From Antedon mediterranea (taxonomy: Eukaryota > Animalia > Echinodermata): a DNA stretch of 64,000 bases. Position numbers and translations under genes: made by a program. The DNA lies in contig NC_092671.1 of assembly GCF_964355755.1 (NCBI RefSeq), positions 7,192,001-7,256,000 on the forward strand, written 5' to 3'. This document shows, in pieces, positions 14,001 to 26,459 of the stretch; position 1 is the stretch's first letter; every line of letters begins with the position of its first letter. The notes beneath the pieces were generated by a model, which ran no database searches, was not told the DNA's origin, and was given only the letters and a program-made list of their open reading frames with translations.

Positions 14001-15747
14001 ATTTGACAGTTAACATGATGTAAATAGATTGACTTAAGTTAGGATGAAATTGATTCACCATTTATTATGTTTTTCTGTCAGTAGGCCTCTAGAATACAGA
14101 TCCTACACTCATTAGCAAACATAGAACAGTGGGCGATTGACCTCTCCTGGGATATCATTGCCAGATTTTCATCGTTTACTGCTGAACATGGTGTCAAGCT
14201 ACCGCGGGACTTCTTCACAGACTTTGTACGTGTTGCTGGTGAAGAAGCAAAGGTAAAAAATCTTCTTGCTATTATTTACATTGGTACAAGCCTGGTAGTA
14301 CTAGAAATTTGTGTACAACAAGCTGTGAGGTTTTCTGAATTCCCCTGAATAAAAATACACTTATATCAGTACATTAATAATAGACACAATTGTACATGAA
14401 AAGTATTGGTTGATAGAACGGCATGTACTCTATGTAATCTCATCCAATTATGATAATTATTTACAACTTTTACAGTATATTAGTAATGATAATGCGGTGT
14501 TACTATGTCTTATCATTACAGCATTACAAAATGTTAGCTACACGAATTAAGGAGTTGGGTAGTCATTTTGGTGCATTGCAAGTGCACAATGGTAAATATA
14601 ACCCTTTAACTTTCTGGAAAATATCTTGTTGTTACTATTAATTAAATATTGAACCCTAACAAATAGAGTAGTGTGTATTTCATTGTTTCTATACACTTTC
14701 ATGATTACGGTTATAAAATCCTTATGCATTGTTGACATGAATGTTTTTAGGTTTGTGGCAATCAGCCAGTGAGACTAAGGATAGCCTGTTGGCAAGGCTT
14801 GCTGTTGTACACATGGTCCATGAAGCAAGGTGAAATAGCTATTATTTATTCAATGATTCATGAATGCTAAAATATTATCTCTAATTGAATTTGTTTTAAA
14901 TGAGTGGGTAAATGGCACTATACAAAGGAATTTCAAAAGAGAGTGAGGTAATATTAATTTAAAAATTAAATTATATAAACATTCTAAAAATTATATAGAC
15001 CTAATATGTATTAAAGTATTACACTTAAAAACATTATCAATATGGTAGTTAATTTTAACTTATATTTTATATATACCGGTGTTATGTTTTATATTTCAGG
15101 GGTTTGGATGTACATCCCAAGACGCAGGAGAGGTTTGATCGTCAAGGGGACAAAGAAAGCGTTAAATTACTAGATGTTATCTATAAAGATGAAATCACGC
15201 ATGTAGCAGCTGGTATGAAGTGGTTCACGTACATCTGCAATAACAGTCAACCAGTGTTGGATTGTATACCAACGTTCCATGATATTGTGCGCAAACATTT
15301 TAGGTATCAATTTTTCCATAAAAGATCTATCTCATCTAATAAGAAACATGAAACATTATCTTTACAAAAGGTATCCAAAAACTAAGATTATTTTTTTTAA
15401 TACTGTATATGCTGTGTTTTTAAGATATTGTACACACTATACTAAATCAAGACACTTTTCTTCATTCAAACAGAGGTTACCTGAAACCACCATTTAACAC
15501 AGAGGGTAGACAAATAGCAGGCATGACAAAAGAAGTGAGTAGTAGAGAATTTTACATTCCGATTTTGCTTTATAGCTATGGCTTCATTGATGTCAAATCA
15601 AAGAGTTCATTTCAAACCTACCAAATTAATGTACATTTTGATTTATTTTCCCAGTGGTATATTCCTCTGATGAAACCAGACTCAGAAGCACCAAAGAATT
15701 CTAAAACCAAAACCTCAGATGACCAAAAATCAGATTGTACAAAATAA
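11002..15747 (+). CDS. Rieske [2Fe-2S] ferredoxin fused to DUF455 (HI_0077-like) ferritin-like di-iron domain
   Basis: 12 in-phase exons: 11002-11114, 11467-11558, 11862-11977, 12935-13028, 13125-13231, 13522-13671, 14085-14252, 14522-14591, 14751-14829, 15100-15303, 15474-15534, 15655-15747. Rieske boxes FYAMDATCPHEGGPL and IVCPWHDFDF. DUF455 motifs LHSLANIEQWAIDLSWDIIARF, EEAKH, HMVHEARGLD, DEITHVAAG, LKPPFNTEGR. Confidence 0.9.
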
Positions 15748-16268
15748 GGCATAGGCATCATTGTGGACTTTTAAAATTGTTATTTAAATATAATTTACAA
15801 ATGAAGAGAATTAAACACTACTAAACGTGCCCATTAAATAAATTAATGAATTCAATACTTCAATCTTGTAGATCTTGCAGACAACATTTTGTTGTTTGAA
15901 TACCATTTTCTGTTTCTGATTTGTACTATTTTTAATAGAATGCGCAAGATTGTAGACTTGCCACAAATTGTTCTTATGTAGCCCCAAAAACAAGCCAGTG
16001 TATTGATTATTTCCTTATCAAGCTATATTTATTATACAGTATCATAAAACAAATGAAAGTATTTTTTTAAATAAAAATAATAATACAGTACCTAGCTATA
16101 TTTTATTTTGTAAATCTCTGTGAGAAATTACATGAGACCCCGCTTGGAGCATGCGCAGGCAATTCGTTGACAGTTGGCTCAGATCACTGTCTTCGACCCG
16201 ACGACCATCAAATTAGGTGAAAATATATATATTTTAACAGAACATGGTAGTATATTCAAGTATATATA

Positions 16269-19200
16269 TCATTTATCTTCAAACTGGTGTTTACGTTTCT
16301 TCTTTTTCTTCCTTTTTTTTGGAACAGCATCAATGTCTTCCGACACTAATGTCTCATCTTCATTCTTTGATGTTGATTCAGATTCTTTTGATTTCATTTT
16401 CCTTGATTTCTTTTCTACATGTTCAACATTATCCAATTCCTCATCTATAAATTCCTCAATCTTCTTGTTTTTCTTTCTTTTTCGATCCTTTTTCTCAACA
16501 TTCTCATCAGCAATACTTTCCTCTTCATTTAATGAAATGTTTTTTTCTTCCATTTGTTCAGTACCAATTTTAGTCCTTTTCTTTTTCTTTCTCTCATTAT
16601 TCTCAACATCTATTATATCATTTGTTACTTCAAAATTCTTTGATTTTTTCTTTTTCTTCTTTTTTCTTTCATTAGCATTATTGTCTTTTATCTTATATAA
16701 TTCTTCCTTTTTCTCTTCTTCAATCTTTAATAATCTCTCTTGTTCTTCGAGTCTTTGTAGCTTTCCGTTTGCTTTCAATCCGTGACGTGCACCTCTGATA
16801 AATATTCAACAAAAAATGATTGTATAATATAAAATAAGTCAGTTAAATAGATTCTTTTATTTATATAAATAAAAAATCCACAGGCAAATTACAGAAAAAA
16901 AACTAGAGGACACTTCAAAGTGCATATCTCCACCAACTGTAAAATTATCCTACATCAAATTCCCCCCCCCCCCCCACAATTTTTTTTTTTAAACTTTTAA
17001 TGCTGTGTGTGATTACAATACTTTCACTACAGCCTTGTGAATGCGAGTTTGGTGTAATGGTTATATATATGTATGTGTGTAAATCAATTGTGTTGTGTAG
17101 CACTGTGTAAATTATATATAAATAATACTATATAGTTCTTTTTAATTTAATGTTCACTTACTTATGAGCAGTCCTTCCACCGCATGCTTTAAACAGTTCA
17201 TCATCGGCCAAACCAGATGTGAAATCAATTTTCTCTTCTACCTCATCTTCTGATGAGGATGATGCCTCAACTGGTTTTTCACCCTCAGTTGTTAACGTTG
17301 CACTCTTTGTGATGGAAGAAAGAATGTATTAGATTTCTATCTACAAACAAACAAATAGTGTGATGTGCCCACAAAAATGGTAGTGATATACCCTAAAATG
17401 GTAGTGATATACCCTAAAATGGTAGTGATATACCCTAAAATGGTAGTGATATACCCAAAAATGGTAGTGATATGACATCATTATGTCCATATAAGGGCAA
17501 ATCACATTTTTTGTTAAACACAGTGTAGATTGAGCTTTAGTAAAATGCTTGCATTAATTCAATAGCCTCATTTGACTGAAATCTACACAATAAACCTACT
17601 AATACATAAGTTTATCAGCAACTAATTTATCATTCTCAATTCAATTTTTTCAATTCAATTTTATTATTATCCGCATAAACAGACAATACAATATAAATAC
17701 AATCATTTACAATTGAGTGCAATTTTAATATAATCCAGGACAGAAAAGGGGTTAATATTGACCTTATAGGCGAGAGACCAAACGTTATATAAAGAATAAT
17801 TATTAAACAAATTCAATATCACACACTTTATATTTTCCCCTTGTATTATAATAGTACTGTTGCTTTAATAAGGTCATTCATTTCGTACTTTATTTTAAAT
17901 AAAACGACCAATAATATTATTACATTCTAATATAATATAATAACTAATAGTTATTTCCATAAAGCAATAAGTTACCTTCACAAACATACTATAAAGAGCA
18001 TCTTTCTTGCCTTTAGCCTTCACAGGTTTTTCATTGCTTATGATGCCACTTTCTTTGTCCTTTTTAAGCACCTCCACACCATTCTTTAAGGAAAATTAAA
18101 ATCAGTTTTTGAAGTAAAGTAAATACATGAACTTGTTAATTAAATCCATTTTTGTAATTTTCTTTCAATAAAATTAAACTCCTGTATGATTATTAGGGAG
18201 CTTTAATCTATTTCCGATCACCAACGATCACCAAACTGTTAATCATGTTAATTGTTTGCATGCAGGGATTGAGACATATTTCTTTATTTCCCACTGAGAC
18301 ACAGGTTTTATGATTCCTAGGTCCGGATGATGACTGACAACACCTGACCTGACCTAAGTTAGGTCGTCAGTCGTCACAAATCCGAAGTTTCTTATTAATA
18401 ACTATACTCATCACATCCCGGTATGCCATTTAAGAGACAAAGGGAAAACACTTTAGAATTACCTCATTGTGTTTAACTGTGATGTTACTTGCTGCTTTGT
18501 TGAATACGTGATCCCACCAGTGAAAAGTAAACTGCTCAGCAGCATCATGACCAACCTGGTTAGAAATGATTAATTTACTATGTTAAGATTAAAAAAGTAC
18601 AATAATACACATTACCGTTATATATTTTTTTGCGTTTAGAAGATTAAAAAAAAAACAGATGATAAAATGTCTGTATTCCCTACCCCAGCATTGCCTCGTT
18701 TAATCTTGACTTTAATAGCCTCTGAAATACCATCCTCATTTCTTCCTAGGCCGTTACCTGAGAAATAAATCATTCTAAATAAACATACAAATGCTGTTGT
18801 CAGTGAACGAAAGTTTAATTCAAAAATGTAACAAAGTTTCATTCTGACTTGAATAAAAGGCCTCTGCAGACAAATATAGGTCAACAAGATCAGAGCCATA
18901 TATATAAAGAGTTACGACATTGAAAATTAGAAGCCATTTTTGTGTCAAAGAATTCGCACGCTGAGGGCGCGCGAGTCTCTTTTGTATAGCGTTTTCCTAT
19001 AGTTCATGCATTATTTTTAGATTCCGTTTTTATTTAGTAATTAATTTTTTTAATGGTATTAATTTGGAAACATATATATATTTTTTTTATAACAACAAAA
19101 AAATAAATGCTAGGGCCTACATGGAAGTTACAAAGCATGAACCAATACAAAAAAACACACAAATTCACACCTCTTTTTATACAGTATATGGCTCTCTATG

Positions 19201-20198
19201 TGTTTTTGACACAAATAGCGCCGCCAACGTTATTACAATTCAGAGACTCGTTCATCATTTTATTTGTAATAATTTGCCTTTATTATTTTAAATATTGTTC
19301 ATACCCTTTTCAGTATATTAACAAATATATCCACGACACTTTATTATTTTATTTAGTCATCAAAGCATGCATTATGAATTGAAAATGTTCCAAAATCAAT
19401 CAATCAAACATTATAATGTACTAGCGCACACGCGCGCAATATTTTTTGCCGCAAGTACTTCTGTACGCTGTGCACGTCGATATTTCACCATAAAATGTGC
19501 AATTATATTTTTTTAAATATAAGAGAAAGTTAAAAGTATTTTGTTGCTCCTATATTTTACATGCATTAACGGAGACAAGTTTGACACAATTTGATCTGCA
19601 TATCACGTGACTTTAATCCAATGTCGTAACTCTTTATATATATGGCTCTGAACAAGATGTTTTAATAGCGCCCTCTATAATTTGATATATTTTTCAAAAT
19701 GTTATTGCACCCTCTATAGTTTGGCTATGCTTTCATGAATAAAACCTTCCTATATAAATTATTTCATTCATTATTAACTCACTTCATACCTTACTTTAGG
19801 CCTAGGATAGAACTAATTAATAAGAAATTAGGCCTAGCTAGGCTCTAGTTTAGTAGGCGTAGGCTTAGGCTACACTGTAACACTACTCATTTAGTGTTTG
19901 TAGGCCTACCTACCTGCCTGGTCCTGTACTAGGCCTAGCTATGCCTACTACTAGATTAGCCTAACTAAAAACTAGCTAGAGAGAGTAGGCTATCTAGGCC
20001 TAGCTTACTAGCGTCTAGTAGAGTCCTAGCTTAGTAGCCTAACCTTATCGAAATATGATAAATAAATATCCATTTTTTTAATCGACAATTTAAATTTACT
20101 CAATACAATTTTATGTACTTGGAAATTAGTATTTTACCCGACTTCCAGCCATGTCGCTTCATGTGATTTTTAGCGAAGTCTCCCATGTGCGCCGCCAT
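16269..20198 (-). CDS. GPATCH4: G-patch domain-containing protein 4
   Basis: Exons 20198-20138, 18757-18684, 18555-18463, 18083-17976, 17304-17162, 16794-16269. G-patch FAKNHMKRHGWKSGNGLGRNEDGI, EQFTFHWWDHVFNKAA, DELFKACGGRTAHKGARHG, and a Lys/Glu-rich tail. Confidence 0.95.
18891..19650. mobile_element. Non-autonomous TIR DNA transposon (P or hAT superfamily), 760 bp, in GPATCH4 intron 1
   Basis: TIR CAGAGCCATATATATAAAGAGTTACGACATTG ... CAATGTCGTAACTCTTTATATATATGGCTCTG; perfect 8-bp TSD AACAAGAT at 18883-18890 and 19651-19658. Confidence 0.9.
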
Positions 20199-21675
20199 GT
20201 TTGTGGATTCACGTGGCCCACTAGATCACAATAGAGGGCAGCAGATTCATTATTTTTGTTGTCAGGAGGAGTACTCATGGTACCACTGTTTCAGTATTCT
20301 TTCGCATTTTCAAATAAAATAAGAATGTTGAGTTTACGGTTAGTAATTAATTATTTAGAAAACACACCAATAAAATGCATCATATCCCTCCCCGCTTCCC
20401 TTTATCTCATTTCTCTATTTCCTTTTTTAAATTAAGAAACAGAGACCCATCTGGGTTAACAGAAAATCATACAAAAGTAATTAAAAACATAAACATTTAT
20501 TATACCACTCATCTCAAAATTAGATACTAACACGAATGACATTGTACTTTTGCATATGCTATTAATTTAAATATTCCAATCTCTATTCAAGCAGACTAAT
20601 TTGGTTGATTATTGACGTCGTACTTGAGATATGTGTTAGCATAGAAATATTATCTCTATGGTGTTAGTAAATGCCAGCAACTTATTACGACAAACTGATT
20701 ATAAGTTTAACACAGGAAGGCATTAGTTTTTTACACAAATTCCAATATACAAAGGTATATTAGTATTAATATTATCAATAGCCTATCAATACAAGTTATT
20801 ACTGGCAGGGTACCACCATAAAGAGACAACTGCACAACACAAACAAAATAATGCATCACCCAGTGTACAGGGCCACCATAGCAAGAGGTTAAAAATGTTC
20901 AGTTGAGGCGCGCAATCGTCTTATCATCCTCATGCTAGCTACGGCCCTGGTGTATGTGCAGTACTGAGTATGTGATTCTAAATTCCACAAATTAGTTATA
21001 AATAATCAATAAAGCTAATAAATTCTATTAAAATGTGGGTAAGTTTGTCAAAATACTGTGATATAATTTCTTCATGGTGGTGATAAACTGTTTACGTTAT
21101 AACTATTATATAATAATTTCAATTTTAAAATAAATCTTTATAATTTAATTTGCACTCATTTACTTACACAATAAAACCACAACACAGAACATTAATGATT
21201 AATAATACATACACATAGTAATGATGACATCACAACTATTATTATATGTTAATGGGCTGATAAATGCATATTATGATACTGTGTAAATCATAAGAATTCA
21301 ACCAGAAACAGACACTCCCTTAAAAATTCATGTTATCCATTAAATTATGTTATGGATATATTAAATCATAAATAAACATTGCATTATCAAAAAATTATCA
21401 AAATTTGAAAAAAATTAATTGCACAAATACTGTAAAGTGTAAAAACTGGTGATTTTCTTATCATTTCGTTACTTCTTCGAAAATCCTGGATCCATCATGA
21501 CATGAGTCTTATTATTTTATCTTATTATAAGTGAGGAGGAAGAAAGACCAATGGGCAGTCCTGTCGTTTCTTAAAACTATGATTACATATTTTATGATGG
21601 GCTTTTTTCATTTACACTCTTTTCCGATTAAAAAATATATAAATTGAATTGCATTAATTGGCCTACAACCTCATT

Positions 21676-21734
21676 ATTGAATGATGTACTATTGAATGAT
21701 GTACTATTGAATGATGTACTATTGAATGATGTAC
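21676..21734. repeat. 15-bp minisatellite (ATTGAATGATGTACT) x~4
   Basis: Directly visible tandem units downstream of the LYSMD stop codon. Confidence 0.9.
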
Positions 21735-22609
21735 AGTAGCATTGTACTATAGTACATATGGTACAGTCGCATATTAACCCTGTGTTAATTAGAATTAGGC
21801 AATCTATATTTGCCATTATATAAGAGGCAGTGAAAGAAGAACTGTTAAAATAAAACTCTGCTTGTTTTACCAAAGAATACCTACAGTGATGCTGAGAATA
21901 TACATTTTAAAAACAAATAAAATACCTTGTACACTTTGAAATTAATTCTGATATCTAAAACCCCTTTTTTTTTTACAATATAAACTACAGTCAAGTTCAC
22001 ATTCACAGTGCGGCTTAAGGCAGCTCTAAACTATTTGTACTTTACTCAAGATGTTACGACTGTATACATACCCTAACGTCATATGTTGTCAGCTTTCCTT
22101 TTCAAACCTACAAGGTGGATTTTATACTAAAATTACAGTTTAAAACAAATAAAATCGCTGCTTTTTCCAAATCATGGACTAAATATTTGGTATTCTAGTA
22201 ACAACAGTCTATTGCTGTTTGTATTCTTTTTTGCTCACTTACAGTATATTTAGCTTCTTAATGTAAATCAGAATAATGTTTCAACATATTGTCTAATAAT
22301 ATAATCATGTATAAACTAAACAATAAACAACAACATTCTAATTATCTAATCAACACGACTGATACTGTATTGTATTCAGACATCTACTAATTATTGCTAT
22401 GGGCTTATATTTACACGAGCACCATCTATTCAATGTACCACAAATCTATCTTTGTAAATGTAATAAGTAGGCATGACAATATTACATCTAAGTAGTTACA
22501 CTATATTATGTTGCTTATCATTACTGTATGAACATTTAAAAACATTTGCTTTTTATCTCAAAATTACTCAATTAGTATGTTGACTGATCTCGGAAATCTG
22601 CGACTGTTA

Positions 22610-22741
22610 AGGTCAATTTACACAGACGAGCGGTAACGGTAAGCAGAAACCCGTGTAGCTTGTTGTGTGTAAATGATCATAAGGACTAACATAGATTCTA
22701 TATTTTTATTACCGTTATCACTCGTCTGTGTAAATTGGCCT
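22610..22741. mobile_element. PIF/Harbinger (Tourist-like) MITE
   Basis: TIR AGGTCAATTTACACAGACGAG / CTCGTCTGTGTAAATTGGCCT, flanked by TTA on both sides. Confidence 0.75.
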
Positions 22742-23686
22742 TTAGTTCTCCGGCAGAATTGTACCATAAAACTAAGTAAGACTGAAAAATGTAATCATAT
22801 GAATTTTACATACATTTACGTAAAAACGTAAACATTTGCAGGAACATCAACTTACTGTTTCAATTGTTCATTGTCATGTGTTGACACTTTAAACACAAAC
22901 AAATGAGTGACCATTAGTGTACATTGATCTATGTCGTACTAATCTACTGTGTAAATACAACATTAACATCAAATTTTATTTCATAAAAATGGTATTTTAG
23001 TAACAAACAAAAATCTAAAAACACAAATGTCTAATATAATCACTAATTAACTACAAATTGTCTTCATATTATAGTTTGACAATAATGTTAAAATCAGACA
23101 TTTCCAATTTGAAAGAGCCAATATGTCCTTATACTCTTTATTACATTTATATTAATTTCATATATTAATAATAATTGCACAATTTAAATGGTGGATTTAA
23201 AAAAATGGGATTTCAGAAGCGGTGGATTGATAAATAGTTATTTAATCATTCAAAGGTGGACTTTCTTGTTTTAAATTAAAGAAAGAATTTTATTTGTAGA
23301 GGACTGTACTATGGACTGTGGCACTTAATATGGTCATAGTAAGATAACAGACATTCTAGCACTTTGAGCATTTTAGCAAGGTATGTTAAAATGTAAACTT
23401 TGTGTTTCTTAAAATATAGAAAGCCATAAACAGTCATGCTCAGTCACTTTGATAAAAATAACATACTAATGTACTGCTGTAACAATTCAAAGGTGTGTAT
23501 AATCAATCTATTTAAAATTATATAAAAAACTCAAATATGTTTTGTTTTTGTTTGTTTACTTCTATTACAATGTATTTCTTTAAATTTAAATTCGCCCTCC
23601 CCCCCCCCCTCCCTATGTTTACAAGTATTTTTATTTGCTTGATCTCACGACACCATATTCACATTTACCTAATTTGAGTTATTATG

Positions 23687-26091
23687 TCATACCAGACTTG
23701 TGTTATTTGCATCATAAGCTGGATTAGATTCTTCTGCATGAACTTTGACCCCAGAAAGCTGGTAGCTATCATTTAGTCCTGGCACTGCTGAGATTTTTGC
23801 AGAGACTTGAGGTGACGTGCGACTGATTGATATCGTAACATCAGGAAGATCTCGTATTTGTCCAACACTGAAAAATATTAATTTTATTTGATATTAAATT
23901 ATCTTTATGAAAGAGATCAGTAAAAACTTTATTACTTCGATTAACTGATAGGATATTTAAAATCACACAGCTGCTGTAAATGTAAAGTCAAGTTTCAACA
24001 ACACAAACAATTTTCATTTGAATATTTGATATGCTTATGTACAATACTGCCTACCAGCTTACTAACAATAATTTCATAATTAGATTAATATAGGGAAAAG
24101 GGTATGATAATAGAAAATAAACCATAAATCTAACTGTAATCTCCTACATGGGAGGTCCCAAAATCAGATTTATGGTAGTACTGTATAGAACTTTTATTTT
24201 CAATGTTTTTATAAATTTTCAAGATGGCAAAAAAGACGCAGTACTACTGTAACTTCTAAGAAATGCAAGGGAAATTTTCAATAAAAAAAAACATAATTGA
24301 TTCCAAAAACTGAGATCCACTTTAAATTGGGGGACATTTTTTTCTTTGAATTCTATTCTATGAACATTAAACTTAAAAATGTTAATCTTCATTTAAATAT
24401 TTGATTACAGTAAGTAAGCCTGATATTTCTTAACCCATTTTCCTCCCTACCTGGATGTTTCTTCAATTTTCTTGAAACTGCTAGTATGTTGTTTTAACTG
24501 CTGATCAATTCGGTTTAAAAAATCCATTGGGTTTTCTTTGACAACATCCTCTTTTGTGGTGGTTGCATCTACCGCTTCTGGTTCATTCTCCTCACCGCTT
24601 CCATCACATGATTGGCTGCTGGAATGCGTACCATTTGTGTCTGCTGTGGCAGTTTGTAAAACATGAGCTGGGAGTGGTACATCACCCACAGGTACATTTA
24701 ATGTTGGTCTAAGGAAAATGCTATCATTGGTATATAATTTATTGACTCTTTTAATATGCTGAACCTGAGAGGAAAAATAAAAATAAACAATTTGATCTGT
24801 TTTGTTACCAATACCAGCAACGTTATGTTTAAGAGAAAAATTGTGAATCACTGAGTGTTAATAATATGAAAACAGAAAACATGTTGAAACATAGGCCAAC
24901 CAATCAGGTTTTGAGCAGGAAATGTTTTTAGTAAGTACAATAATTGCGATTTTTATTGTAAAAAAATTGTAACTTATATTTCATCATACATTAAACAGTC
25001 CATAGTAGTTCATTTAAATATATCATAAGTTACAAAAGGCAGCTACTATAATACAGCTCATTCCATTAGAAAGATTAGTTCAGATTCTGAATCTCTATTG
25101 AAGTTCTTAAATCTCAGTCTCATCAAGGTCCCTTGATGATAGAAAACAATACAATCATACATGAATGACCGCGCCAATAACCCAATTCTATCTTATTGAT
25201 TTAAAAAAGTAAATATTTATAGCTACTATATTATTTATTCTATGACAGTTTGTTATTCAACCAGTTGATAATTGGATAATGTTATACTGTAAAGGTTATT
25301 GAACCGGCCAAAGGTTGTTGGACATTATTTGAATAACGTAACGGTTTCTATATAAAAATTATAGTCTACTACTAACTCTAGCCAGGGAGCAGGGAGTTGT
25401 AAAATAATTATTTTACAACTCCCTGCTCTAGCTATCTAGGCCTAGGCCTAGCCTATTCTAATTTTATTTGTCAGGGGAAAATTTAATTAAAAAATGTGGT
25501 TTAGCAATATTGCTAATCAAACTGATTTTTAAGTCGAGAAACATAGTTTTGTATTGTATTTTTTGCTACACAATTTTAGAAATGTATAGCAATAAATAAG
25601 ATTGTTTTGTATAGCCTATATAGCTTTTTGCTATGCTACACTGGCGAAAATGCAGTTCCCTGTTTGTATGTATTCACAATTTTTAATAAAAAAGGGTCTT
25701 TCTTTAAAAAACAAAAATAGGAACATTTTTTAATTAATGCACTATGGGCCTAGGCCTAGTGTAGTTTTAGCCTAGCTAGGCTTAGATTCATAGCTAGCAA
25801 GGATCAGTAATCAATACCGGCTAGAAGAGCCTTGGTTGCCTGGTCACTCGATATAGAGAGAATGAGATCGAGAATGATATTCAGGCTTACCGTAGTCCCG
25901 TATTTCAATGCTATTCCTTGCAATGTATCATTAGGCGATACGGTATGCTTAATGTACGTTTCTTGTGTAGCAATAGAAGTTCTTGTACTTCCATATGACC
26001 GTCCATAAGATTTGTTAGTATTTGAACCAAAAATCGAGGTTTTCCCAGCACTACCACCAGACTTTACCTTCTTACTGGGACTTGACGCCAT
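23687..26091 (-). CDS. LYSMD2: LysM domain protein, LYSMD1/2 type (no transmembrane helix seen)
   Basis: Exons 26091-25891, 24764-24451, 23867-23687. RSYGST and LysM domain YIKHTVSPNDTLQGIALKYGTTVQHIKRVNKLYTNDSIFLRPTLNVP, then DFLNRIDQQL. LYSMD1 versus LYSMD2 cannot be resolved in an invertebrate. Confidence 0.88.
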
Positions 26092-26459
26092 TTTGTGTGC
26101 GCTGATTCTGAATGAACTGTTGCCAGGTAGTAATACAATTTGCTCAAAATGTTAAATTTATTTTTAAGAATTGGCTCATGCATATGTTGGTATATGCAAA
26201 AATGGGATCCGTGAACAATTTCGTAGTTTGAATACGTAAAAAAAATATTTTATTTATTTCCGTATTGCGGTTTGGGGAAATTCCAACTAGCTACACACCA
26301 CACGCGCGACGCGGCGACACACTCACTTTTAAAATAGCGACCTCAATCGTCGATCGATGACTAAAAAGAATTCAGCCGTCGCCTTTTTGCTTTGTGTTTT
26401 TCTCCTGGACATTTTATACATCAAAGTTTGACGATTCCTATTCAAATAAAAGGTTTAAA
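26092..26459. promoter_or_regulatory. Bidirectional promoter LYSMD / GTF2A2
   Basis: Divergent start codons 368 bp apart, with a CpG-rich core (CACGCGCGACGCGGCG) and a YY1-like CAAAATGGCG overlapping the LYSMD ATG. Confidence 0.7.

Noticed and set aside
16174-16785. 203-aa Phe/Ser-rich ORF on the + strand
   Set aside because: Antisense shadow of the Lys/Glu-rich last exon of GPATCH4.
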